Assembly: GCA_903939735.1 (NCBI GenBank)
Contig: CAJAIA010000006.1
Location: 27,461 to 91,460 of the forward strand
Direction of reading: 5' to 3'
DNA: 64,000 nt
Origin: an uncultured Ignavibacteria bacterium
GTDB taxonomy: Bacteria > Bacteroidota > Ignavibacteria > Kapaibacteriales > Kapaibacteriaceae
The translations under genes were made by a program, and so were the position numbers. Each line of letters starts with the position of its first letter. Position 1 is the stretch's first letter. Under the pieces are notes generated by a model. The model did not search any database and was not told the DNA's origin. It worked only from the letters and a program-made list of their open reading frames with translations. Shown one piece after another: positions 1 to 10,667 of the stretch.

Positions 1-478
1 CGACACAGCCTACATGTTGACGTGGCTGAACCAGCGCGGATTGGTGTACGACCCTGTATCGCTGCGACGGATCAGAGAGTTTCGCTACGCTGGTGAAGGT
101 TGGGGTATTACGGACGACGGAACACACCTCATCCTGAGTAACGGTTCGAACATTCTCACGGTGATCAATCCCGCAACCTCCTCTATTGTGCGCAGTATTC
201 CTGTTACGATGCAGGGTTCTCTTGTCGGACAACTCAACGAGCTAGAATGGGTAAACGGTGAAATTTGGGCGAATGTCTGGCAAACGATGAAGATTCTCCG
301 GATTAACCCCACAACAGGTTCGGTCGTCGGTATCATCGACTGCACTGGCATCATCGCTGAATCAGAGCTTACATCCAGTATGGACGTCTTCAACGGTATA
401 GGGTACGATTCAGTAACGAAGGCCATCTACGTCACTGGTAAGAACTGGCCAAAGGTGTACCAGATCGAGCTTCAATAA
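1..478 (+). CDS. Glutaminyl-peptide cyclotransferase (bacterial/plant-type QC), 5'-truncated by window edge
   Basis: Motifs GEGWGIT, LNELEW, WANVWQ, NGIGYD and TGKNWP; the frame is open back to the window start. Confidence 0.9.
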   Translation, partial: DTAYMLTWLNQRGLVYDPVSLRRIREFRYAGEGWGITDDGTHLILSNGSNILTVINPATSSIVRSIPVTMQGSLVGQLNELEWVNGEIWANVWQTMKILRINPTTGSVVGIIDCTGIIAESELTSSMDVFNGIGYDSVTKAIYVTGKNWPKVYQIELQ

Positions 479-565
479 CCCGTCACATTTCCCTCGGTTG
501 CGACCACGAGATGAACACACGTTCCGCATAGCGGAATCTTCGTTCATCGTTTCTAGGAGGTCGCC

Positions 566-3500
566 ATGGTTAGGGCGCCGAGCATTCGGCGGGTGCATCG
601 TTTCACAACCATGCTTGTCATGGTCATTGTTGGAGTGCTTCTCGCACAAGCACAACCCCAACCTCTTCTTCAACCAGTCTTTCCCATTCCGGGACAGGAT
701 GCGGTTGATGTAACGTCGTCTGTTGTGGTGCAGGCTCCTGCTGCGATCGACCCAACAACCGTCACGACGTACTTTCCGAACGCTGCGCCGAATGGATGGC
801 GACCGCCAGTACCAACGGTACTCGTGCTCCGCGAAGATCTTGCGCTAGCGCATCCACGGGACGTATGGCAGCGCTACGCTATCGTTGGTGTCACATCCAT
901 CGAAAACCAACGAACTGTCAGATGGAAGCCCGCGCGCTTGCTTCCACGCACGACATACCGATGTGTTATCTCTGGCATCGCACTTGATCCTCGTCAAGGG
1001 GGCGCGCTATGTCCAACACTCGAACTCAGCTTCACCACTGCTCGCCCAGTTCCGACGGTACGTGCAACGTCGCTGGATACACACCACGTGGTGACGTGCA
1101 GACAACCGATTGCAATCGTGTGGAACGATCCGATTCCTAATCCGGCGATTGCGCAATCGATCATCGACATGGAAGCATACGGCACCGACGGTCGGTGGAA
1201 TAAGCTTCCAATTGCACTCACTGTCGCACCCGACCTCACGTCGGCCGTGGTATACCCACGGGATGCATGGCCAATTGGACAACCCATCCGTCTACGCTGT
1301 GCGTTGGAACAACTAACCGGCGATTTGCGAACGAACTACGTTCGTCAAACTGTTGTGCGCGGCGCAACCACAGTTAGCACAACGGTCGCCTCACTCCCCA
1401 ACCACCCGATTCCATCGGATGTGGTCGAGGCGTTCGATACAACGACCGTTGTTGTTCGTGCAGGAACAGATCGCGAGTTCGTAGCTCCTCACACGTTACC
1501 CTACCCGTGGAGATTTGTTCGTTGGCATGCACCAGATGTACCATCACTCGACGGACAAACCGAACATCGTGTACGCATGCTTGTGGACTGCGCGAATGCG
1601 AAGGCCAAGCTCGCAGTCACAGCTCTCATTGAACGCATTGATAGTACCGATCTAGACATCGACGTTGATAGTGGTGGACGTGTTGATGTTTACACTACAA
1701 CTGGCGACCTCCTCGCATCGGTGACGCAGCCAGCTACGCTGCGCATTGCAGTAGCACAAGCTCCCATCACACTTGCAGCAGTTGCCGCAGCAAACATGTC
1801 ATTCAGTGCGTGGCAACAAGCGCCGCAGGGCTCTGTTGGATCCCCTGCAGCTGCATTGGTGATACCACCGGCAACGCTTGTTGGGATGAATGGCAGTGGA
1901 CAACATCATGGCAATACTGCGGTTGGACCTGGCGTTAATCCAAAGTTTGTTCCCCTGTCTCCCTACCGCACTGAGCGCTATCGACTTGTTGCACGCATCG
2001 CCGATGACGATCCGGATCCGCTCTTTCGCATCGATGATGCCGTGAGCTTTACCACTGCTCGTGAGTTCGAGGATATCGTACCAGGAACACGCACAGTGTG
2101 TGTCACTGCGCAACGATGCTGGGAGATCACCGGATATCACGATCCATCAGTTGGTCCACCAGTACGATTTGCCACCCCAGTGCAACAATACTGTCTGACT
2201 GCTGTGATGCTTGATCCGGAAAACGCGATCACATTGTTTGCACGCAGAAAACGTATCGACATGCGTGTGGAACGTGTTGTGCTTGGATCGGAAGATCCGT
2301 CGCACGTGTTGCCTGATCAGCAAGCCCACCCGGAAACGCGCGTTGATGTAGACAAGCGCGTAGTAGTCCAGGGCGTTGAACGATGGATGCCGCTCGGCAA
2401 GATCTCGTGCGTTACACCACGTGACGTGTTTGAACGCTATGAACTGCGATGTGGCGATCAGATCAGACTTCGCGTAACAGCTGCATCGCACCGAGGTGAT
2501 GAATGGCGCTGGTGGAGTGTTCGTAATCGCTATGCGATGCCTGTGACCAAACAACAGTCGATGAAAGGTGGAGAGTTTACCCTCGTGCTTGACCAGGATA
2601 TCGCAGGATATGATGGACAAGCCTGTGATGAACGTCCGACGGGAAATCCTGAAGTGCGTGTGCAGGCAGCATTTCGACGTGTGTTCGCTGTTGCTTCAAT
2701 GAGTATGCGCATTCGCACGCTCCAAGGTTCAGATCGATCACGGTATCGTTTTGAAGAGCGGTGGTTCGATCCACTCACCTATTACGAGCGACAGGCCGAC
2801 GAGCCACGAGGTGGACGTCACGTGGAATATGTTCCGCGAAAAGGAACCATCGTGAAAGTGAAGTACACACTTCCGTTCGATGGTCCATCGATTCTCGCAG
2901 GAGGGATGTCTGCTTCATCATGGGACAACTACCTGATCACGAACCCACACGCAACAGATCTTGACTTCTCTGTTGCGACCGGTGATCGTGGTAACACCAA
3001 CTTTCTGCCAACAACTGGACAGTCACCGGACATCGTGGAGTTCTTCATCTGCGACCCACTCACACGTCCTGTGAAACAAGCTCTCCACTTCGGTATTGTC
3101 GATATCACATGCGGTGCGGGAGTTCGATCCATCTACCAAGAACCGCTAGTTGCTCCCTATACCTTCACTGTGCAGCAGATGGAACTTCCAGGTTTCGGGC
3201 TCCGCCTGCAACGAGCCGACATCGCCTATGATGGAGATTGGGACTTTTGGCCGTTTGTCCTCAAAGGTGAGATTTACAATTCCATCTACGGTGGCAACCT
3301 TGCTATCGATGGCGCGCACCATACCTCCACAGCGTTCACACGTCTCCCTGTTTGCGCAGAGCAACAAGGTAAGAGCGGTGAGTGTACCATCGCGTACTCA
3401 GACGACGACAAGACGCTCGGATATGGTGATCGTGCAATGTGGTTGCAGACAATGTGGATGGATGGGTTGGATAAGGCGTGGTGGATGATGACCACGTGGG

Positions 3501-3844
3501 ATGAAGACTGCAAAGACGATGATGATTGTCTCGTCAACAAGATGGATGACGTGATAGACATTGTGAAACGGGGCGTCGATGCGTATGCGGGAACAGGCGG
3601 CTCGGGTGATCTTGATTGGGATAGTTCACTACCTGAACTCATCAAGGCAGGGGCTGATCTTATCGCACTACTTCTGCCGCCGGACGAGCAAGATGAGTTT
3701 CTTGGTGAGGGAACATTCCTTGAAGACGTCGGTACATACTGGGGGATGCGCACTGCCATAGCCCCGCGGATACCTGTTCATCATGAAAACATCACCTACC
3801 ATCTGCGCGGACAGTGGTACGTGTCAAAAGCGGTGCTGCGTTAA
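566..3844 (+). CDS. Large secreted hypothetical protein (1092 aa) with N-terminal Ig-like (Big_5-type) domains and an acidic C-terminal region
   Basis: AGGAGG at 555-560; signal-peptide-like hydrophobic stretch ending AQA; 'VFPIPGQDAVDVTSSVVV...LLPRTTYRCVI...SFTT' resembles Big_5. Confidence 0.6.
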   Translation: MVRAPSIRRVHRFTTMLVMVIVGVLLAQAQPQPLLQPVFPIPGQDAVDVTSSVVVQAPAAIDPTTVTTYFPNAAPNGWRPPVPTVLVLREDLALAHPRDVWQRYAIVGVTSIENQRTVRWKPARLLPRTTYRCVISGIALDPRQGGALCPTLELSFTTARPVPTVRATSLDTHHVVTCRQPIAIVWNDPIPNPAIAQSIIDMEAYGTDGRWNKLPIALTVAPDLTSAVVYPRDAWPIGQPIRLRCALEQLTGDLRTNYVRQTVVRGATTVSTTVASLPNHPIPSDVVEAFDTTTVVVRAGTDREFVAPHTLPYPWRFVRWHAPDVPSLDGQTEHRVRMLVDCANAKAKLAVTALIERIDSTDLDIDVDSGGRVDVYTTTGDLLASVTQPATLRIAVAQAPITLAAVAAANMSFSAWQQAPQGSVGSPAAALVIPPATLVGMNGSGQHHGNTAVGPGVNPKFVPLSPYRTERYRLVARIADDDPDPLFRIDDAVSFTTAREFEDIVPGTRTVCVTAQRCWEITGYHDPSVGPPVRFATPVQQYCLTAVMLDPENAITLFARRKRIDMRVERVVLGSEDPSHVLPDQQAHPETRVDVDKRVVVQGVERWMPLGKISCVTPRDVFERYELRCGDQIRLRVTAASHRGDEWRWWSVRNRYAMPVTKQQSMKGGEFTLVLDQDIAGYDGQACDERPTGNPEVRVQAAFRRVFAVASMSMRIRTLQGSDRSRYRFEERWFDPLTYYERQADEPRGGRHVEYVPRKGTIVKVKYTLPFDGPSILAGGMSASSWDNYLITNPHATDLDFSVATGDRGNTNFLPTTGQSPDIVEFFICDPLTRPVKQALHFGIVDITCGAGVRSIYQEPLVAPYTFTVQQMELPGFGLRLQRADIAYDGDWDFWPFVLKGEIYNSIYGGNLAIDGAHHTSTAFTRLPVCAEQQGKSGECTIAYSDDDKTLGYGDRAMWLQTMWMDGLDKAWWMMTTWDEDCKDDDDCLVNKMDDVIDIVKRGVDAYAGTGGSGDLDWDSSLPELIKAGADLIALLLPPDEQDEFLGEGTFLEDVGTYWGMRTAIAPRIPVHHENITYHLRGQWYVSKAVLR

Positions 3845-3882
3845 CACACAGTCATTTCATCACGTCTCATTGGAGAAACCTC

Positions 3883-4512
3883 ATGAAGATCACACTTCTT
3901 GCATTCACTCTCGTCGCGCTCAGCCATCTATCACATGCTCACGTACAACCAGCAGGAGGCGCACGCGAGGCAACGCTCACCGCCGGCAGCAGGATCACTA
4001 TCACATGGGATAGTTCCCTTGTGCAGTCGCCCGTCGCCATTGCGCTTTGGGATGGCGAGCGCCGCGTAACAACGCCGATTCATCGGGCGTACAACGGTGT
4101 GCACGCAGCCTACGAATGGACCATTCCCGACACGATGTTATCTGGTCAACTGTATCGATTTGTAATCGCGTCGGCATCTACTCCACAAACTGCTCACTTC
4201 AGTCAGAGCTTTGTGACAATCCAACACGCCATTCCGCGCGTGAGCAGCATCGATCGCGATCGCAGCGAGCCACAACTCAGCATTACCCCACTTCCCGCGC
4301 GTGACGTTCTTCACGTCCGTTGGGATGCTGCGGAAGCAACGCGTGTTGATCTCACCACTTTGATCGGACAGCCACTGCGAACATGGTCGTGTGTGGGAGG
4401 TTCAACGCGCATGGACATCGACGTAGCTGGGATACCATCCGGCATGTACATGCTTGTTGTGCATCGAGCGGATGGCACACCGATATCACGTGCAGTGCTC
4501 GTGCAGCACTAG
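3883..4512 (+). CDS. Small secreted protein with an Ig-like domain and a T9SS type A sorting domain
   Basis: GGAGA before ATG 3883; signal peptide MKITLLAFTLVAL; C-terminus 'ITPLPARDVLHV...IPSGMYMLVV...VLVQH'. Confidence 0.75.
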   Translation: MKITLLAFTLVALSHLSHAHVQPAGGAREATLTAGSRITITWDSSLVQSPVAIALWDGERRVTTPIHRAYNGVHAAYEWTIPDTMLSGQLYRFVIASASTPQTAHFSQSFVTIQHAIPRVSSIDRDRSEPQLSITPLPARDVLHVRWDAAEATRVDLTTLIGQPLRTWSCVGGSTRMDIDVAGIPSGMYMLVVHRADGTPISRAVLVQH

Positions 4513-5879
4513 TCGGACGACAATTGATACGGAACGCCTAGACGTGGAATGCAGATCCGCATGCCTGGCATCCGTTCACGGAGATCGAGTGCAAGGGAGT
4601 CGCAGGCCTCTGGTTCGCCATGCATCAGAACCAACGTTGAAGGACGAACATCTGTTGCAAACTCGATCAGCGATTCACGCGATGCGTGTGCGCTAAATCG
4701 GAATCGTTCGACCTCGCAGCTCCGCGAAACACGGCGTCCTGCGAGGTCGAATGGTTGTTTACGCTCCGACATCGACAGTGCGTAGCCTGGCGTTGTTGGG
4801 TGTTGGTAGCCGATAAAGGCGATGCCAAAGTTTGGTCGTGCCATCCACAGCTGCGCAAGGTTGTATGAGAGTGTTCCTGCGTTCAGCATACCAGACGACG
4901 CCAGCACGAGCGACGGAGTCTTGAGGTATGGTCCACGATGAATCTCGTCACGAATGATAGGTTCTTGCGCTGTGTCGGAGATCTCCAAGCCCGGACTCAT
5001 CATTGGGTCGCTGTAGCAGAACGCATCGTACACCTTACTAATCCGCGTTCCCATACCCCCTGTGTGGAGCGGCATGTAGGGGATCTCACCACCCCGCATC
5101 ATTGACGAGAGCATCACGACCATCTCCTGCATCTTGCCCAGGGCGAAGCACGGGAACAACACCGAGCCATTTCGCTCGGTGATCATGTTGATGTATCGCG
5201 CCAACCGTTTGCGCTCTTCACGTCGAGACGGAGTGTGTTCGGTTGCGCCGTTTGTTGCCTCCATTACCAGAACATCAACATGATGGCGTGGTAGCTGAGC
5301 ACGAGGAATAACGGTCTGGTGATCGAACATCGTATCACCTGTGTGGAGGATTGAGAACCCTCCGCTCTCCAGCAGTACGCCAGCAGATCCAAGGATATGT
5401 CCGGCCCAATGAAACGATGCACGAACAGAGGAACGACCTGAGTAACCGCGAAACTCAAGAGGTTCGCGATATGGCAGAGCCTCGAACGCATGGCGAAGCT
5501 GATCGATCGCCGTACGATCGTAAAACTCCAGATGCTCACGCGGAATGTCAGACGTGATCTCGTTACGCAGCAGGCGCGCTCCGTTGGGAAGCATGATGTG
5601 CGAGATGTCGCGCGTTGCATGCGTCATGATCGCGCGCAGGTGTGGGAACCTCCGCATCACGTACGGAAGTGCACCTATATGATCTGTGTGTGCGTGTGTA
5701 ATGAACGCGACATCCGTTGGGCGGTGCTCTAAGAGATCGACAGCCGGAAACGCAGCTACCGAGCGATCGCGTGGATGAAGACCAGCATCAATGAAGATGC
5801 CCGTTCCTTCAATCGAGATGTACGTGCAGTTGGCGCCGATTTCCTCGGCGCCCCCTAGCATCATGAGTTCTACATTCAC
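4509..5879 (-). CDS. MBL-fold beta-CASP nuclease (CPSF/Ysh1-like RNase)
   Basis: GGAEEIGANC, THAHTDH, AGHILGSA, TGD, ASSGML, GYQ, FSAH and HGE motifs. Confidence 0.9.
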   Translation of the reverse strand: MNVELMMLGGAEEIGANCTYISIEGTGIFIDAGLHPRDRSVAAFPAVDLLEHRPTDVAFITHAHTDHIGALPYVMRRFPHLRAIMTHATRDISHIMLPNGARLLRNEITSDIPREHLEFYDRTAIDQLRHAFEALPYREPLEFRGYSGRSSVRASFHWAGHILGSAGVLLESGGFSILHTGDTMFDHQTVIPRAQLPRHHVDVLVMEATNGATEHTPSRREERKRLARYINMITERNGSVLFPCFALGKMQEMVVMLSSMMRGGEIPYMPLHTGGMGTRISKVYDAFCYSDPMMSPGLEISDTAQEPIIRDEIHRGPYLKTPSLVLASSGMLNAGTLSYNLAQLWMARPNFGIAFIGYQHPTTPGYALSMSERKQPFDLAGRRVSRSCEVERFRFSAHASRESLIEFATDVRPSTLVLMHGEPEACDSLALDLRERMPGMRICIPRLGVPYQLSSD

Positions 5880-5889
5880 ACAAGAAGCG

Positions 5890-6096
5890 TTACGACGCCA
5901 CCTTACAGGTTGAGATACCGAGGATTGTGTAGAGTCCGCAGAAGCGGAACACAGCCGTCACCGTGGCGGCCACCGCTCCAACACCGCATATCCATGCAAG
6001 TGTTCCCTCGACAGAATTGGTAACAACCAATCCCACGAGAACGGCTGCGATAGCCAAGCGAATAATGCGATCGACTGTTCCAACGTTCGTTGTCAT
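5890..6096 (-). CDS. DUF2892/YgaP-like small membrane protein
   Basis: NVGTVDRIIRL...FCGLYTILGISTC pattern with two TM helices. Confidence 0.85.
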   Translation of the reverse strand: MTTNVGTVDRIIRLAIAAVLVGLVVTNSVEGTLAWICGVGAVAATVTAVFRFCGLYTILGISTCKVAS

Positions 6097-6212
6097 GACG
6101 CTTTTCCTACTGATTGTGGTGAAATCTCGCGGTCACTGGCACCAAGATCGGTCTTTTTGCGTTCCATTGGTGCGTAGTTTTGCCGGTTATCCACATCGAC
6201 CTCAGCTGGAAC

Positions 6213-7616
6213 ATGGAATCACCAAAACCGTACTCACCCACCAACAAGGTTCGCATTGTCACGGCGGCCTCGTTGTTCGACGGACACGACGCTGCGATCA
6301 ATGTGATGCGTCGCATCATCCAGGCCACTGGCTGCGAGGTGATCCACCTTGGTCACAACCGCTCCGTGATGGAAGTGGTTGATTGCGCCATTCAGGAAGA
6401 CGCCCAAGCCATTGCCATGACATCCTACCAGGGTGGCCATGTTGAGTACCTGACCTATATGCGGCAGTTACTCGATGAGCGCGGCGCACCACACATCAAG
6501 ATTTTCGCCGGTGGGGGTGGAACGATCCTCCCGACGGAAATCGAGCAACTCCACGCCAACGGCGTCACCCGGGTGTATTCCCCGGATGACGGTCGAGCTA
6601 TGGGGTTACAGGGCATGATCAACGACGTCGTCGAGCGTTCGGATTACGTACCACCTGTCAGTGAAGCCCTTGCAGACCGTGTGGCCGCTCGTGATCCCAT
6701 TGCCATTGCACAGGCGATTTCGTGCGCCGAGCGTGGTGAACACGCCAAGATTGCCTTCGTTGAGGGTGCAAAGCGCGCACCTGTGCTCGGCATTACAGGA
6801 ACAGGTGGTGCCGGTAAGTCGTCGCTGACAGACGAACTCGTTCGTCGCTTCCTCCTTGATCATCCAGACAAGACTATTGCGGTTGTGAGCGTCGACCCGT
6901 CGAAGCGCAAAACAGGTGGAGCGTTGCTGGGTGACCGCATTCGCATGAATTCCGTGAGCGACGCGCGTGTCTATATGCGCTCATTTGCTACTCGTGAAGC
7001 AAACGTGGCCATCAACCCGCATGTCCGCGATGCCATTGCTATTCTCTCGTATGCCGGATACGATCTCGTTATCGTTGAAACAGCCGGTATCGGACAGAGC
7101 GACTCACAAATCACGGAAGTGTCTGACGTCTCGATGTACGTGATGACGCCTGAATACGGCGCAGCTACGCAGCTTGAGAAGATCGACATGATTGACTATG
7201 CCGACATCATTGCGCTGAACAAGTTTGATAAGCGCGGTGCTCTCGATGCACTTCGTGATGTTCGAAAGCAGTATCAGCGCAGTCGTCAGTTGTTCTCGCA
7301 GAGCATCGACGTAATGCCTGTGTACGGCACGATCGCATCCCAATTCAATGATCCTGGTGCGAACACACTCTACCGCGCATTGAACGACTTGTTGATTCAG
7401 CGTTGCAACCTTGATTGGACATCATCCTACGAGATTACCGACGAGATGAGCGAGAAGATCTACATCATTCCGCCAGACCGCACGCGGTATCTCGCCGAGA
7501 TCGTTGAAAACAACAAGCGGTACGACGCCTTTGTCGAACAACAAGCAGAACTCGCTCGCTCGATCTGGCGCATTCAGGGCGCTATTGATCAACTCGCATC
7601 TGTGGACGAACATTAA
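6213..7616 (+). CDS. icmF: IcmF N-terminal half: B12-binding domain plus MeaB-like GTPase
   Basis: FDGHDAAIN (B12 His), [16 protein letters not shown]-loop, [15 protein letters not shown]; ends in TAA at 7614-7616; ATG 6213 preferred over TTG 6180. Confidence 0.85.
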   Translation: MESPKPYSPTNKVRIVTAASLFDGHDAAINVMRRIIQATGCEVIHLGHNRSVMEVVDCAIQEDAQAIAMTSYQGGHVEYLTYMRQLLDERGAPHIKIFAGGGGTILPTEIEQLHANGVTRVYSPDDGRAMGLQGMINDVVERSDYVPPVSEALADRVAARDPIAIAQAISCAERGEHAKIAFVEGAKRAPVLGITGTGGAGKSSLTDELVRRFLLDHPDKTIAVVSVDPSKRKTGGALLGDRIRMNSVSDARVYMRSFATREANVAINPHVRDAIAILSYAGYDLVIVETAGIGQSDSQITEVSDVSMYVMTPEYGAATQLEKIDMIDYADIIALNKFDKRGALDALRDVRKQYQRSRQLFSQSIDVMPVYGTIASQFNDPGANTLYRALNDLLIQRCNLDWTSSYEITDEMSEKIYIIPPDRTRYLAEIVENNKRYDAFVEQQAELARSIWRIQGAIDQLASVDEH

Positions 7617-7627
7617 ATCAGCACCGT

Positions 7628-9655
7628 ATGAGCACCTCAACAACGACATCTACGACCTCGAAGCATGCTGCAGAAGCAGCGTCACCAGCGTCGGCGATTG
7701 CAACACTCGAACAGCGTAAGGCTGATCTTGAAATACAGCTTCATCACGACGTGCGCGCAATGCTCGCATCATGGGAGGCAAAAAAGCAGTCGTATCAAGG
7801 CGAGTTTTACAGCTACACCGTGCGCGGCAAAGAGATTCGTGTTGCTAACCACACAGAGTCGCTAGCACATACTCGTGTACCGAAGATTTCACTACCTGCG
7901 TTTAAGGACTGGGGAGAGATCGTTCGTTGGTGCATGCAGGAGAACGTACCAGGTGAGTTTCCGTTCACTGCCGGTGTGTATCCGTTTAAGCGCACCAATG
8001 AAGATCCAACACGGATGTTTGCTGGTGAGGGTGGACCGGAGCGGACGAACAAGCGCTTCCATTACCTCTCCAAGGGTATGGCGGCCGCGCGTCTGTCAAC
8101 CGCGTTCGACAGTGTAACGCTTTACGGTGAGGATCCCGACTATCGTCCCGACATCTACGGCAAGATTGGTAACTCGGGCGTGAGCGTTGCTTCGCTTGAT
8201 GACGCGAAGAAGCTGTATTCAGGCTTTGACTTGTGTGCTCCAACAACATCGGTATCAATGACCATCAATGGTCCAGCGCCAATGCTGTTGGCGTTCTTCA
8301 TGAACGCAGCGATCGATCAGGAGTGTGAGAAGGAGATTGTTCGTCGTGGGATGGAAGATGAGATTCGTGCGAAGATCGACGCGATCTATCGTGAGCGCGG
8401 CATTGCGCGTCCTGTCTACCGTCATGGTGATGGATCGACAGAACTCCCCGACGGAAATGCCGGACTCGGTCTTATGCTGCTTGGTGTGACGGGCGATCAG
8501 GTGCTCCCTCCGGACGTGTATGATGAGTGTAAGCAACGTGCCTTGCAGAACGTGCGCGGTACCGTGCAGGCAGACATTCTCAAAGAGGACCAGGCGCAGA
8601 ACACCTGCATTTTCTCGACAGAGTTTGCGCTGCGCATGATGGGCGATGTGCAGGAGTACTTCATCAACAAAGCAGTTCGCAACTTCTATTCTGTCTCGAT
8701 CTCCGGGTATCACATTGCCGAGGCTGGAGCAAACCCTATTACGCAGTTGGCGTTCACGCTTTCCAACGGCTTTACCTTCGTTGAGTATTATCTCTCGCGA
8801 GGTATGAACATCAATGATTTTGCGCCCAATCTCTCGTTCTTCTTCTCCAATGGTGTTGATCCTGAATACAGTGTGATTGGTCGTGTCGCCCGAAAGATCT
8901 GGTCGAAGGCCATCAAGAACATGTATGGTGGTAACGAGCGCTCGCAGATGTTGAAGTATCACATTCAAACATCCGGTCGGTCCCTCCACGCACAAGAGAT
9001 CGACTTCAACGACATTCGCACGACGCTTCAGGCATTGTATGCCATCTACGACAACTGCAACTCGTTGCATACCAATGCCTATGACGAAGCGATCACCACG
9101 CCGACAGAGGAGAGCGTTCGTCGTGCGGTTGCAATTCAGTTGATCATCAACCGCGAGTTAGGTCTCGCCAAGAACGAGAATCCACTCCAGGGCTCGTTCA
9201 TCATCGAAGAGCTTACAGACCTTGTCGAAGAAGCTGTCTACACCGAATTCAAGCGCATCTCCGAGCGTGGCGGTGTTCTGGGTGCGATGGAGAACATGTA
9301 TCAGCGAAACAAGATTCAAGAAGAGTCGCTGTACTACGAAACACTCAAGCATACTGGTGAGTATCCAATCATCGGCGTCAACACCTTCCTCTCGTCGAAG
9401 GGATCACCAACAGTCATTCCGGAAGAAGTCATTCGTTCGACGACGGACGAGAAAGAGCAACAGATCGGAAACGTTCGCTCGGTGCAGCAGCGCAGTGGAG
9501 ATGCTACTGCAGAGGCACTTGATGCGCTGCGTTCCACGGCGATTCGCAATGGCAACATCTTCGACGCATTAATGGAAGCTGCGAAAGTCTGCTCGTTAGG
9601 GCAGATGACGCATGCACTCTATGAGGTTGGCGGACAGTATCGTCGGACCATGTAA
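7628..9655 (+). CDS. icmF: IcmF C-terminal half: acyl-CoA mutase substrate-binding TIM barrel
   Basis: [20 protein letters not shown] (Phe, IcmF-type, versus RQY in MCM), [44 protein letters not shown]. Confidence 0.9.
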   Translation: MSTSTTTSTTSKHAAEAASPASAIATLEQRKADLEIQLHHDVRAMLASWEAKKQSYQGEFYSYTVRGKEIRVANHTESLAHTRVPKISLPAFKDWGEIVRWCMQENVPGEFPFTAGVYPFKRTNEDPTRMFAGEGGPERTNKRFHYLSKGMAAARLSTAFDSVTLYGEDPDYRPDIYGKIGNSGVSVASLDDAKKLYSGFDLCAPTTSVSMTINGPAPMLLAFFMNAAIDQECEKEIVRRGMEDEIRAKIDAIYRERGIARPVYRHGDGSTELPDGNAGLGLMLLGVTGDQVLPPDVYDECKQRALQNVRGTVQADILKEDQAQNTCIFSTEFALRMMGDVQEYFINKAVRNFYSVSISGYHIAEAGANPITQLAFTLSNGFTFVEYYLSRGMNINDFAPNLSFFFSNGVDPEYSVIGRVARKIWSKAIKNMYGGNERSQMLKYHIQTSGRSLHAQEIDFNDIRTTLQALYAIYDNCNSLHTNAYDEAITTPTEESVRRAVAIQLIINRELGLAKNENPLQGSFIIEELTDLVEEAVYTEFKRISERGGVLGAMENMYQRNKIQEESLYYETLKHTGEYPIIGVNTFLSSKGSPTVIPEEVIRSTTDEKEQQIGNVRSVQQRSGDATAEALDALRSTAIRNGNIFDALMEAAKVCSLGQMTHALYEVGGQYRRTM

Positions 9656-9663
9656 GTCGCATA

Positions 9664-10608
9664 ATGGTCACCATTGAAGACATCCGTGCAGCAGCTGAAC
9701 GTATTCGTCCGTACGTGCATCGCACACCCGTGATCACATCCCGGGCTATCGATCAGATGTTTGGTGCGCAGATCTTCTTCAAATGCGAAAACCTCCAGAA
9801 GGTTGGTGCGTTCAAGGCACGAGGTGCTTGCAACGCGGTGTTTCAGCTTGACCACGCCACCGCAGCGCGAGGAGTCGTCACGCATTCGTCCGGGAATCAT
9901 GCCCAGGCACTCGCCTATGCTGCCGGTCTCCGTGGAATTCCATGCACGATCGTTATGCCCACCACTGCGCCCGCGGTTAAGCGCAGAGCCGTCGAAGAGT
10001 ACGGCGCCTCTATTGTGTCCTGCGAACCCACCGTGGAGGCACGGCTTTCCACCATGAACGCTCTCATTGAGCAGACAGGTGCGCACGCAATTCCTCCGTA
10101 CGACGATGAGCGCGTGATTGCTGGACAAGGGACAGCTGCGCTGGAGTTCCTCGAGGACTACCCAACGCTTGAGGTCATGATGGCTCCTGTTGGAGGGGGC
10201 GGCCTCATGAGTGGAACAGCGGTCGCAACCCGTGCTCTTGCGCCATACGCAACGCTCTACGGCGCTGAACCCTCGATCGATGCCGATGCCCAACGGTCGC
10301 TCCAGACAGGCATAATCCAGCCTCCACCCCAGCGTGTATCGATGGCTGATGGCCTTCGTACATCGCTCGGGGAGCTAACATTCGCCGAACTACGGCATCA
10401 CCACGTACAAATCATAACTGCCAGCGAGGAATCCATCCTTGAATCCATGATAATCATCATGGAACGGCTTAAAGTGGTTGTCGAACCCAGTGCTGCGGTG
10501 ACACTTGGATGTCTTCGGGAACACCCCGAACTCGTAGCCGGTCGGAGGGTAGGAATCATCCTTTGTGGCGGAAACCTCGATCTTCGGTCGTGGTTGAAGC
10601 CTTCATAA
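9664..10608 (+). CDS. PLP-dependent threonine/serine dehydratase (serine racemase-like, no ACT domain)
   Basis: KCENLQKVGAFKARGA, SSGNHAQ, PVGGGGL, EPSAA, CGGN. Confidence 0.9.
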   Translation: MVTIEDIRAAAERIRPYVHRTPVITSRAIDQMFGAQIFFKCENLQKVGAFKARGACNAVFQLDHATAARGVVTHSSGNHAQALAYAAGLRGIPCTIVMPTTAPAVKRRAVEEYGASIVSCEPTVEARLSTMNALIEQTGAHAIPPYDDERVIAGQGTAALEFLEDYPTLEVMMAPVGGGGLMSGTAVATRALAPYATLYGAEPSIDADAQRSLQTGIIQPPPQRVSMADGLRTSLGELTFAELRHHHVQIITASEESILESMIIIMERLKVVVEPSAAVTLGCLREHPELVAGRRVGIILCGGNLDLRSWLKPS

Positions 10609-10667
10609 ACCCGTACCACGCCCATTTTCCGTACTTTTGAGGTCATTTTAGACCATACGGAAGACGG

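Noticed and set aside
8255-9070. 271-aa minus-strand ORF
   Set aside because: Antisense shadow of the conserved icmF mutase half; no motifs
9619-10293. 224-aa minus-strand ORF (and similar ones at 10902, 38626, 43939, 47801)
   Set aside because: Shadows of well-supported plus-strand genes
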